From contig JAKSOL010000005.1 in NCBI GenBank assembly GCA_024405635.1, forward strand, positions 1-64,000: DNA of 64,000 nucleotides, read 5' to 3'. Position numbers and translations under genes: made by a program. A model generated the notes under the pieces. That model saw only the letters and a list, made by a program, of their open reading frames with translations. It was not told the DNA's origin and ran no database searches. Below are positions 10,859 to 19,595 of this stretch, piece after piece. Position 1 is the stretch's first letter. The number at the start of each line of letters is the position of its first letter. The DNA is from Salinivirgaceae bacterium. GTDB lineage: Bacteria; Bacteroidota; Bacteroidia; Bacteroidales; SZUA-534.

Positions 10859-12565
10859 ATGAAAAGATTTACCTTATTTGTTGCTCTATTGCTTTCATTG
10901 GTAGCAATAACAACTTCTGCCCAAAATTCAGGCTTTTCATACCAAGCTGTTGTTCGTAACACAAAAGGCGAAGCCGTTGCCAATAGCAAAGTTTTAATGA
11001 GAATGAGCCTTTCGGTTGACGAAACCGTGTACTACCAAGAAGTAGTTGAAACAACAACAAATGCATACGGTAATGTTAGCATAATTGTTGGTGAAAGTAA
11101 AAATGTTATTAAAGGTAGTTTTGATGCCGTTCCTTGGGAATCGATGGCAGTAATGATGAAAACTGAAATAGACGTTACAGGCAAAGGAGACAAATACATT
11201 GACTTTGGTAGCGTTCAAATAAACCCAGTACCATACGCTTACTACGCTGCAAAAACATCAAACGTTATTACCGCCACCAGCAACAATGGTGAACCAATTT
11301 TCTGTGTTAAAGACAAAGAAGGAAACATTGTTTTTGCTGTATATAACGACAGTGTAGTTACTTACATCAACAATAACAACGATGGAAGTAAAGCTGCAAA
11401 ATCAGCTTTCGCAGTACGTGGACGTAGCGGCGCTAAAGGCGAAATGGTTGATTACCTTAACATTGACAACAACGGTACAACCATCTACGTTGATGACGAA
11501 GACAATAGCAAAGCAGCAAAATCGGCTTTCGCAGTACGTGGACGTAGCGGTGCTAAAGACGAAGCAAATTATTTAAGTGTAAATTCTGACGGTACAACCG
11601 TTTTCATTGACACCGACGATAGCAAAGCTGCAAAATCAGCATTCGCAGTACGCGGTCGTAGTGGTGCTAAAGACGATAACTCTTCTAATTACTTTAACAT
11701 TGGCAACGAAGGAACAACCGTATATATTGACGGTGGCGATGGCGACAAAGCTGCAAAATCAGCATTCGCAGTACGCGGCCGCAGCGGTGCTAAAGGTGAA
11801 GAGGAAACTCAATATATGACTATTAGCACCGACAGTACTCGTTTTTATGTTAAAGACAACGATGGCGAAGCAAACGGTTTTGCTGTTGTTGGCAAAAACA
11901 CACAAGAACAACTATTTGCCGTTGACAAGAAAAACGTAACTATAAACTCTTCAATGTACGTTAATGGTAGCCTACACACTTCTACTGGTTCGGTTAGTAA
12001 AATTGGAGAAGAAGGCACTAAATATTTCTATGCTGAATACGACGTAGTTACTTATAACCTTGAAACTCAAGAACAAGAATCACATACTCTTAAATATGCT
12101 TATGCTTATTTTAAAGAGGATTATTATGAGGAAGGAAACAAAATAAAAGAGGTTGCCTTGTACGATAATGAACTTATAGATCAGTCTATTCACAATGAAC
12201 CTATTCTCATGAAAGTGTATCTTGGAGAAAACGAAGAACTCACCCCAGGTCGTACAGAAAACGGAATAACTACGTATGGAAGATACATTAGTGACTTTGA
12301 CAACTACTATGAGGGTTTTAGCATAACAAGCAACTATATAATAACTAACGATGCTTTATTAAACATCATTGAAGATGTTGAAAATTCAGAGGAATTCTAT
12401 TCCCTACTATTCACACGAACAAAACTATATGAATCATTAATTCTTGCTGAATCAGAAAAATTTATCTCGATAAATGCAACAAAAGTAATTTTAGGATTAA
12501 CTGGAGAAGAAGTAGTTAATAACGAAGGAATGTCTATTATTGAATTTACAAAGCAAGGAGAATAA
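10859..12565 (+). CDS. Secreted repeat protein (GFSYQAVVRN N-domain, four internal repeats, acidic C-terminal domain)
   Basis: Signal peptide; SYQAVVRN...VPYAYYA N-domain; 4x KAAKSAFAVRGRSGAK; no recognisable T9SS CTD. Confidence 0.7.
   Translation: MKRFTLFVALLLSLVAITTSAQNSGFSYQAVVRNTKGEAVANSKVLMRMSLSVDETVYYQEVVETTTNAYGNVSIIVGESKNVIKGSFDAVPWESMAVMMKTEIDVTGKGDKYIDFGSVQINPVPYAYYAAKTSNVITATSNNGEPIFCVKDKEGNIVFAVYNDSVVTYINNNNDGSKAAKSAFAVRGRSGAKGEMVDYLNIDNNGTTIYVDDEDNSKAAKSAFAVRGRSGAKDEANYLSVNSDGTTVFIDTDDSKAAKSAFAVRGRSGAKDDNSSNYFNIGNEGTTVYIDGGDGDKAAKSAFAVRGRSGAKGEEETQYMTISTDSTRFYVKDNDGEANGFAVVGKNTQEQLFAVDKKNVTINSSMYVNGSLHTSTGSVSKIGEEGTKYFYAEYDVVTYNLETQEQESHTLKYAYAYFKEDYYEEGNKIKEVALYDNELIDQSIHNEPILMKVYLGENEELTPGRTENGITTYGRYISDFDNYYEGFSITSNYIITNDALLNIIEDVENSEEFYSLLFTRTKLYESLILAESEKFISINATKVILGLTGEEVVNNEGMSIIEFTKQGE
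11390..11794 (+). repeat. Four intragenic repeats, period 38-41 aa, with an invariant 16-aa core
   Basis: 48-nt cores at 11390-11437, 11510-11557, 11624-11671 and 11747-11794 encode identical KAAKSAFAVRGRSGAK with synonymous differences. Confidence 0.95.
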
Positions 12566-12585
12566 GTATTTCTTATATAGTAATC

Positions 12586-12620
12586 ACTAAAAAGCCCGCT
12601 ACAAAGTGGGCTTTTTTAGT
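12586..12620 (+). terminator. Rho-independent terminator
   Basis: aaaaagcccgct / agtgggcttttt stem plus T tract. Confidence 0.8.
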
Positions 12621-12663
12621 TTACAACACAAAACATTTAGCATTTAAACGCAAAACAAATTGC

Positions 12664-12671
12664 TAACTTTG
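12664..12671 (+). promoter_or_regulatory. -7 promoter element, only 7 nt before the cdaA ATG
   Basis: TAACTTTG matches TAnnTTTG; ATG at 12679. Confidence 0.55.
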
Positions 12672-12678
12672 GCACACT

Positions 12679-13500
12679 ATGGACTATATATTTGAAACAT
12701 TCAAGTTCACCGACCTAATAGATATTCTTTTGGTGGCTTTTATATTGTACCAAATATACCGAATGGTTAAAGGTACATTAGCTATCAACATATTCATTGG
12801 CATGTTGGTGCTTTATGTGGGTTGGTTGCTTGTAAGTTTGCTCAACCTAACACTTGTTTCAACCATTTTAGGCGCCGTTATAAGTGTTGGTGTAATTGTG
12901 TTTGTTGTGCTCTTTCAACAAGAGTTGCGCCAGTTTTTTATACTACTAGGCAAACACGATTTTGTAAAACGATACTTCAGCATATTTAATAAGTATATAA
13001 ATAATAGCGATGTTACCGTTAGTAGCAATTCGCTACGTGACATTTGCCGCGCATGCCGTAATATGGCTCAAACCAAAACGGGTGCACTAATAATATTTAC
13101 CACTCATGGCGAACTGCCAACTTATGTACAAAGCGGCGACACGCTAAATGCCGATATTTCACACAGGTTGATTGAAAGCATATTCTTCAAAAATAGCCCA
13201 ATGCACGACGGTGCAATGATTATTATTGGAGACCAAATTAGGGCAGCTCGCTGCGTATTACCAATCAACGAAAGTCTTTCGCTTCCTGCACACTTGGGGT
13301 TACGCCATAGAGCTGCATTGAGCATGTCAATTGAAACAAACGTAATTGCCATTGTTGTATCAGAAGAAACCGGCAGCATATCAGTTGCACAAGATGGACA
13401 ATTACGCTACGATTTGTCGTCTGAAGAGTTGTTTGCCGTATTACACAATGAATTTATAAAGAAAGAGTTGTCTGGCGACAAAAAGACTAACGAGCAATAA
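12679..13500 (+). CDS. cdaA: Diadenylate cyclase (CdaA/DacA type)
   Basis: Three N-terminal TM helices, FQQELR, TGALI, SPMHDGA, GLRHRAA, VSEETG. Confidence 0.93.
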   Translation: MDYIFETFKFTDLIDILLVAFILYQIYRMVKGTLAINIFIGMLVLYVGWLLVSLLNLTLVSTILGAVISVGVIVFVVLFQQELRQFFILLGKHDFVKRYFSIFNKYINNSDVTVSSNSLRDICRACRNMAQTKTGALIIFTTHGELPTYVQSGDTLNADISHRLIESIFFKNSPMHDGAMIIIGDQIRAARCVLPINESLSLPAHLGLRHRAALSMSIETNVIAIVVSEETGSISVAQDGQLRYDLSSEELFAVLHNEFIKKELSGDKKTNEQ

Positions 13501-13544
13501 GCATCTATTTTTTTACGTATAGAAATACGCACGAAATTCAAGGA

Positions 13545-13988
13545 CTAGTGAGTCCAAGTTCTATCGTCAAGATATCCACCCGACAATGCAACCAAACGTT
13601 CATACTCTCCCCTAAAGGTTTTGGTTCGATGATAAAGTTTTTGCTGACGGATAAACTTAAACACATTATTATACTGACTTGGGCTACAAGTTATTGCCAC
13701 ATAATCATCACTCCAAGCAGTGAATTTTTCAAAATCGGGAATTAAACGCAATTGGGTGCGCGTTTCGGTTATTAGTTGCTCAACAAAAACAGTTACGGCC
13801 ATATCCTGCGGAAGACTAACAAGCAAATGAACATGTTCAATACTTCCGTTTGCAATAAACAACCTTGCTCCAACCTTTTCAACACTTTTGTTGAATACCC
13901 AAAAAAGCTTTTTTTGATTACCGTTTAAAGTTGGTGTATTAGCATGAGTGCGCAACACAATATGAAAGAGCAAACAACAAGCTGGCAT
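13545..13988 (-). mobile_element. IS200/IS605-family Y1 transposase (TnpA)-like gene, catalytic Tyr apparently replaced by Phe
   Basis: FHIVLRT, NGSIEHVHLL (HUH motif), WSDDY, FIRQQ at the YxxxQ position, TFRGEY; intact ORF; no tnpB adjacent. Confidence 0.75.
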
Positions 13989-13996
13989 TTTTAAAC

Positions 13997-15229
13997 TTAC
14001 TTATCGCCATTATAAACTTTTGTCAAGATGTGCCCCATGCGATCGCGTTTGGTTTGCATATAGAACGAATTGTATTTGTTTGGCTCTATTTCAAGAGCAA
14101 CATTTTCAACAATCTCCAAGCCATAAGCCTCAAGGCCAATACGTTTCTTTGGGTTGTTGGTCATCAGTTTCATTTTACTGATTCCTAATTCGCGCAAAAT
14201 GCAAGCGCCAACGCCATAATCGCGTTCGTCGGCATTAAATCCAAGATGAAGGTTAGCATCAACAGTATCAATACCTTGCTCTTGTAGTTTATAGGCTTCA
14301 ATTTTAGCCATCAAACCAATACCGCGTCCTTCTTGATTCATATAAACAATAACACCTTTGCCTTCGTTTTCAATCATTTGCATTGCTTTATGCAACTGTT
14401 CGCCACACTCGCAACGCATCGAGCCAAAAATGTCGCCAGTCATACACGATGAATGAACACGCACCAAAACAGGTTCATCTTTTTCCCAAGTTCCTTTTAT
14501 AATGGCAATGTGCTCCAATCCGTTGCTTTTTTGACGAAACGGAATTAGGCGAAAATCGCCATAAGCCGTAGGCAAGTGTACTTCAACACCAACTTCGATA
14601 AGAGATTCTAATTGCAAACGGTAAGCAATAAGGTCTTTTATTGTAATGATTTTTATTCCGTATTGTGCCGACAACGCTTTCAACTGTGGCATGCGCGCCA
14701 TTGTGCCATCTTCGTTCATAATTTCGATAAGCGCAGCAGCTGGGTACAAGCCAGCCAATCGAGCCAAATCGACAGCGGCCTCGGTGTGGCCAGCGCGGCG
14801 AATAACGCCTTTGTTTTGTGCATACAGCGGATTTATATGTCCTGGGCGAGCAAAAGTTGAAGGTTTTGAGTTTGGATCAGCAAGAGCTCTGATAGTAGCT
14901 GCACGATCGGCAGCAGATACACCAGTTGTGCAACCTTCAATTTTATCAACTGTAACTGTAAACGGAGTGCCAAGAATAGAAGTATTGTTGCCAACCATGT
15001 GACCAAGTTCAAGTTCTTCGCAACGATCGATAGTGATTGGTGCGCAAAGCAATCCCCTGCCATTTTTCAGCATAAAATTCACATCGTCGGGGGTTATTTT
15101 TTCGGCAGCTATAATAAAATCACCTTCATTTTCGCGGTCTTCATCGTCAACCACAATAACAAATTTTCCTTGACGGAAATCCTCAACAGCCTCTACTACG
15201 CTACTCAATTTTACTTCTTCACTATTCAT
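13997..15229 (-). CDS. ribBA: Bifunctional DHBP synthase / GTP cyclohydrolase II
   Basis: [55 protein letters not shown]; start placed at ATG 15229 because a -7 box overlaps the track's TTG. Confidence 0.97.
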   Translation of the reverse strand: MNSEEVKLSSVVEAVEDFRQGKFVIVVDDEDRENEGDFIIAAEKITPDDVNFMLKNGRGLLCAPITIDRCEELELGHMVGNNTSILGTPFTVTVDKIEGCTTGVSAADRAATIRALADPNSKPSTFARPGHINPLYAQNKGVIRRAGHTEAAVDLARLAGLYPAAALIEIMNEDGTMARMPQLKALSAQYGIKIITIKDLIAYRLQLESLIEVGVEVHLPTAYGDFRLIPFRQKSNGLEHIAIIKGTWEKDEPVLVRVHSSCMTGDIFGSMRCECGEQLHKAMQMIENEGKGVIVYMNQEGRGIGLMAKIEAYKLQEQGIDTVDANLHLGFNADERDYGVGACILRELGISKMKLMTNNPKKRIGLEAYGLEIVENVALEIEPNKYNSFYMQTKRDRMGHILTKVYNGDK

Positions 15230-15250
15230 TTCGTTGTTATTTAAGCTTGG

Positions 15251-15258
15251 CAAAGATA
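15251..15258 (-). promoter_or_regulatory. -7 promoter element for ribBA
   Basis: Minus-strand TATCTTTG, 21 nt upstream of ATG 15229. Confidence 0.6.
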
Positions 15259-15282
15259 CAAAACACAGTTATTATCGAAACA

Positions 15283-17910
15283 TTAGAATTTTTCAACAGC
15301 ATTCAAATTCCACTCTTGTATATATGCTTTTTTTAGGTTGTTATACCATTTGTCGTTACGAGTATAATCAAGCACTTTTTCGCGAGGGTCGGCATTGGGC
15401 GATTTACGGAAATCGCGACGGGCAAGTGCAATTCCCAATTCGGTTTGACACTCTTTTGCCCACATTGCTTCAAAATAACGGCGATACAACTCATCAAGCA
15501 TTTTGCAAGCATTATCCAACTCGTCGGTTGACGTGTAATAAAGCACTGCACTCACAATTAGTTCGCTGTATTTATTATGAATAACATAGTCAAATGTTGG
15601 TTTGTGTTTTATGCCGAATGAATTGTTACAACTATCGGCAAAGAACGATGTTGCAGCAATATAGGTTTCGAGTGCATCAGCAAATTGTTTTTCTTCGAGC
15701 ATTGGTTGAATTGAATTAACCAGGCGCTGGTATTTGCAAATTGCCGAAATAGCATACGTACGCGCAACAACAACCGAATCGGATAGGTTACACTTGTAGT
15801 TTGCCCTAGCAATAGCCGCTGCTCTTCCTAGCGATTGGCGAGCTTTTAAAAATTCTTTTTGGCGAATAAGACGATCGGCCGAACCTACTTGTATGTTATA
15901 GTCGTACCAAGCTTTGCTGCACTCGCCATCGTTCAACGCCTCAGACAATCGGCGCAAAGCATCAAGAACATCGGGATCTGAAGCAACATCGTTTGTCTCG
16001 GCCACACCTAATGCAAATTGGTATTGTTGTCCGGCCCGGCCCATTTGCAACAAAGCAGCATACGAAACTCCAAACTCGCACAACTGAACAGTGTATGTAA
16101 TAGCAGCGCGCTCGTTTTTCTCAAACCAAAGCGAATCGGGAGTTACTTTGCGACTATTGCTAATTGTTTGTGCCGACTTGTAAAAAGCTAAAGCCTCGCG
16201 TGGCTGATGGGCTTTCATTGCAACATCGCCCTCGTGCATCAAAGCATCGTATTTAATTTGAAAAGCACGAACATACAACTCATCAACTTTTGGCGATGCC
16301 TCAAGTTCCCATTCTGCTTGATATCGAGACGCTTCTGCCAACATTGATATTGCCGTATCAGCAAAATTTTCGTCAAGTTCTTTTGAAACTGCATCTAACA
16401 TTTGGTTGTATTTTTTGGTACGAGTTTCGCGACCTAATTTCTCTAATTCAGCCGAGCATTCAACCGACTTAAACTTGCGACAAATAAAAGTAGCGTGGTC
16501 AAACGCATTCAAAGCGTCGTCGGGTTTGTTGGTAGATAACATTTGTTTTCCTTGCTCAATCCACGCGTTGTAAAGTTTATTGGCCAACTTATCTTCTGCC
16601 GATGAATTGATGTTGTGTTGTGGATACTCGTTACGCAAATGGTTTGCCGAATCAATCATCTGATAGCAGAGTTCGTATTTTTTGTCATTAAAATGAGTTT
16701 GTGCTTGTTCAATTAACCGCGAGTAGATTGTTCCGTACAATTGTCCCGCAAGTTCTTCAAATTCAACAAATTGGCGAATACCTTTAATGTTTTTGCAGTA
16801 ATTTTTGCTTACCTCAAGTAGCGCAAAGCCCTCGTCAACCTTGCGAGCTGATATAAAGCCTTTAATTGAATCGATGTAGGTAAAAATCACTTTTTCAGCC
16901 AAACGAAGGGTGTTGTAACGAGTATCGCTATCGGGATCCATATCGCGAGTGATACGCACACACGAATCGAGCACTTGCGAATAGTTGCGCTTGTTCAAAT
17001 CGAGCAATGATAATTGATAATGAGGTGGCGCATAGTTAAGTTTAACCTCAATTGACTTATTGAACATTTTTACAGCTTCGCTCTCATTGCCCCACTTCAA
17101 CCAATCTAAACCTTTTTGATAATACGCCTCGTACAAGGTTGCTAGTTTTGACTCAATACTTTTTTTAATGGCGCGGTTTTGTTGTTCAGTGCGACTGATA
17201 TGCGAAATCAAATCAACAGGATCTTTTGTTTCGAGATCGAGTTTGCTAGAAAAGCGTTCCGATTTCATTTTATTAAGCACCGACACGTTGTTGATTGTTA
17301 TTTGGCGATACTCATCAAGAGCCTCAACCGAATCGACACGAATGGTTGCAAGTTCTTGTTCCATAAGCAACAAACGAGCATCGGCATTGTAATAATCTTC
17401 AATAATGCTAATGTGTTTGTCAATGTCGCGAACGCCTGATTTGTCGTAATGTAAGGCAAAACTATTGATGCGAATTTTGCAACTTGTACCCACTTCGCCA
17501 ACAATATTTTTGGAAACCAACGTTCCGCCTTTGTAAAATTCGTTATTAGAATCAACGGTTTCGCGAATTTCTTTTCCGTCCGATTTAACAATAGTGTAAT
17601 CGAGGTCAAATACTTGTGGTTCAACAAACTGACTAATATCAAACCCTTTATATTCGCAAGGAGTGTCAAGTTTTAGGTTTCCGTTTTCAATCGTAACATT
17701 CAACTTATTACCTGCACGCGAAATTTTGCTATACAAATTCAGTTTAAAAGTCACGCTTTTAACCCCTATAACTCCCAAATAATCAGCATCATAACCTTCG
17801 ACTGATTTTATTTGCACAGTAACTGGAGTTACCTCTTCAAATAAGGTTTGAGAAACAGCCGATACGACAAACATCAGCGACATCAATATGGCAGAAATGG
17901 TTCTTTTCAT
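15283..17910 (-). CDS. Large secreted/periplasmic TPR-like alpha-helical protein
   Basis: Signal peptide from MKRTISAILMSLMFVVSAVSQ (ATG 17910); beta-rich N-domain then TPR-like repeats (YYQKGL...AVKMFNKSI; WIEQGK...ALNAFDHA). Confidence 0.7.
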   Translation of the reverse strand: MKRTISAILMSLMFVVSAVSQTLFEEVTPVTVQIKSVEGYDADYLGVIGVKSVTFKLNLYSKISRAGNKLNVTIENGNLKLDTPCEYKGFDISQFVEPQVFDLDYTIVKSDGKEIRETVDSNNEFYKGGTLVSKNIVGEVGTSCKIRINSFALHYDKSGVRDIDKHISIIEDYYNADARLLLMEQELATIRVDSVEALDEYRQITINNVSVLNKMKSERFSSKLDLETKDPVDLISHISRTEQQNRAIKKSIESKLATLYEAYYQKGLDWLKWGNESEAVKMFNKSIEVKLNYAPPHYQLSLLDLNKRNYSQVLDSCVRITRDMDPDSDTRYNTLRLAEKVIFTYIDSIKGFISARKVDEGFALLEVSKNYCKNIKGIRQFVEFEELAGQLYGTIYSRLIEQAQTHFNDKKYELCYQMIDSANHLRNEYPQHNINSSAEDKLANKLYNAWIEQGKQMLSTNKPDDALNAFDHATFICRKFKSVECSAELEKLGRETRTKKYNQMLDAVSKELDENFADTAISMLAEASRYQAEWELEASPKVDELYVRAFQIKYDALMHEGDVAMKAHQPREALAFYKSAQTISNSRKVTPDSLWFEKNERAAITYTVQLCEFGVSYAALLQMGRAGQQYQFALGVAETNDVASDPDVLDALRRLSEALNDGECSKAWYDYNIQVGSADRLIRQKEFLKARQSLGRAAAIARANYKCNLSDSVVVARTYAISAICKYQRLVNSIQPMLEEKQFADALETYIAATSFFADSCNNSFGIKHKPTFDYVIHNKYSELIVSAVLYYTSTDELDNACKMLDELYRRYFEAMWAKECQTELGIALARRDFRKSPNADPREKVLDYTRNDKWYNNLKKAYIQEWNLNAVEKF

Positions 17911-18224
17911 TTGTTTACAGAATGTGATATTCGGGTTAAAATTACCCAAAATCAACCTTCAGAAACAGACGATAGCACAAAGGTTTCAACCGCAGAATGT
18001 TGATAGACCTATCGGTGATTAATGGGTTTTAGTGGTTAAGAAATCTTTAATGACCTATAGCCAATTATAACCCAATCAACACATCATTCCAAACAGCCAG
18101 GTAACTATCAGTCACTACTTTATTTGATTAAAAAAGCTTGGTTTTGCCTTCCACTTCAAACAATAGCAAAAGCCGTTAACATCACTCTTATTTTACAATT
18201 ACCTTGGTGGCCCCGCCGCGATGG

Positions 18225-18302
18225 TCACTTGGGGCCTCGTATGTGAGCAGCCATATCTAGCTTAATAAACTTTTTCAAACCAGAACCGTCATTAATTGTC
18301 AT
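18225..18302 (-). CDS. Putative 25-aa small ORF/leader peptide MTINDGSGLKKFIKLDMAAHIRGPK
   Basis: Below the track cutoff; preceded by A/C-rich leader and CACATTTG -7-like box (18332-18339); stop codon inside a GGCCCC/GGGGCC stem. Confidence 0.35.
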   Translation of the reverse strand: MTINDGSGLKKFIKLDMAAHIRGPK

Positions 18303-18364
18303 GTTGGGTGTTGTTATGGTTTCTTACTCATCAAATGTGACGATATATGCCAGAAAGCAATTCT

Positions 18365-18380
18365 TTCCATTATAATGGAA
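18365..18380. promoter_or_regulatory. Perfect 16-bp palindrome, candidate operator
   Basis: TTCCATTATAATGGAA is its own reverse complement; intergenic. Confidence 0.45.
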
Positions 18381-18470
18381 TCTTTAACATTCAATCTTTC
18401 TGTTATAAAGGAAAAATTATCAAGTAATGAGAATAAAATCCACTACTCTGCTCCCGTTCCATAACCACAC

Positions 18471-18506
18471 AAAAAAAAGCAGACACCTAAACCGATGTCT
18501 GCTTTT
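18471..18506 (-). terminator. Terminator of the xylan operon
   Basis: Minus strand aaaagcagacat ... gtgtctgc followed by 8 T, ~25 nt after the GH43 stop. Confidence 0.85.
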
Positions 18507-18530
18507 CTATTTATTGCAATTGGTTTTTGC

Positions 18531-19571
18531 TTACTCGTCGATACCTTCAATTGTCTTAATCTTGCCGTTGGCATCAAACTCAAGTTCGCAAACTTTCAAG
18601 CTACGAAGCCATGACTTGCCGCCTGATGGAACTGAGTCGTGATGGAACAAATACCATTTACCTTCGTATTGAATAATAGCGTGGTGAGTTGTCCAACCAA
18701 CAACTGGAGTAAGAATTACACCTTGGTATGTGAATGGGCCATATACGTTGTCGCCAGTAGCATAGCAAAGAAGGTGGCTGTCGCCTGTTGAGTAGGTGAA
18801 GTAATACTTGCCATCTTTTACAAATGTCCAACTTGCCTCAAAGAAACGGTGAGGATCGTCGGCTTTCAATGAGTTGCCGTTTTCGTCAACAACCACAATT
18901 GGGCGTGGAGCCTCAGCGTAGTTCATACCATCTTTGGTTAGGCGTACGCAGCGGCTTGGAAGAGCATCTTGTTTACCCTCTGGCAAGTATGGAGTTTCAA
19001 GATGAATGTTGTCTTTGTAGCGTTGAAGTTGGCCACCCCAAAGTCCACCAAAGTAAACATAAACCTCACCATCGGTTGGGTTTTTAAAAGCGCACATGTC
19101 GATGCTGTATGAACCAGCCATTGGAGCTGCTTGTGGAATGAATGGGCCCTCTGGATTGTCGGCAATTGCAGCGCCCCAGTGGAACACATCGTTGCGGTCT
19201 TTCAATGGGAAGTACATAATGTACTTTTTAACCTTTTTGCTGAAACCCATGCCAGCAGCTTGCTCCTCAGCGTTTGTTGGAACTTCTTGCTCGTACTCTT
19301 GCACGTCGCAGTCCCAAAGCTGACGGCCTGCCCATGGAATATCTTCTTGACGAAGAACGCAACCGCAGTCAACAACCTCACCAGTCATTGGGTCGCCATC
19401 GATGCGGAGCACGTGGTAATCCTTCATAATGTATTGGTCGCCATTGTCGTTCTCAACGTTTGATGCCTCCCAGTCGTGTGAAGGATAGATATAGATTTTG
19501 CCGTTGAAAATATGTACTGAAGGGTCAGCCATGTAGTCGGCAGGGAATAAGTAACGTTTTTTTGTAGCCAT
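18531..19571 (-). CDS. GH43 beta-xylosidase/alpha-arabinofuranosidase (GH43_1-like), cytoplasmic
   Basis: YMADPSVH, YIYPSHD, SYSID, FGGLWGGQLQ, RFFEASW, YSTGDSH, WTTHH; no signal peptide. Confidence 0.9.
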   Translation of the reverse strand: MATKKRYLFPADYMADPSVHIFNGKIYIYPSHDWEASNVENDNGDQYIMKDYHVLRIDGDPMTGEVVDCGCVLRQEDIPWAGRQLWDCDVQEYEQEVPTNAEEQAAGMGFSKKVKKYIMYFPLKDRNDVFHWGAAIADNPEGPFIPQAAPMAGSYSIDMCAFKNPTDGEVYVYFGGLWGGQLQRYKDNIHLETPYLPEGKQDALPSRCVRLTKDGMNYAEAPRPIVVVDENGNSLKADDPHRFFEASWTFVKDGKYYFTYSTGDSHLLCYATGDNVYGPFTYQGVILTPVVGWTTHHAIIQYEGKWYLFHHDSVPSGGKSWLRSLKVCELEFDANGKIKTIEGIDE

Positions 19572-19595
19572 GTTTATAAATTTTAAATGTTGATT

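Noticed and set aside
11390-11794. Regularly spaced 48-nt direct repeats resembling a CRISPR array
   Set aside because: They are in frame inside a long ORF, vary only at synonymous positions, have homologous spacers, and no cas genes are present.
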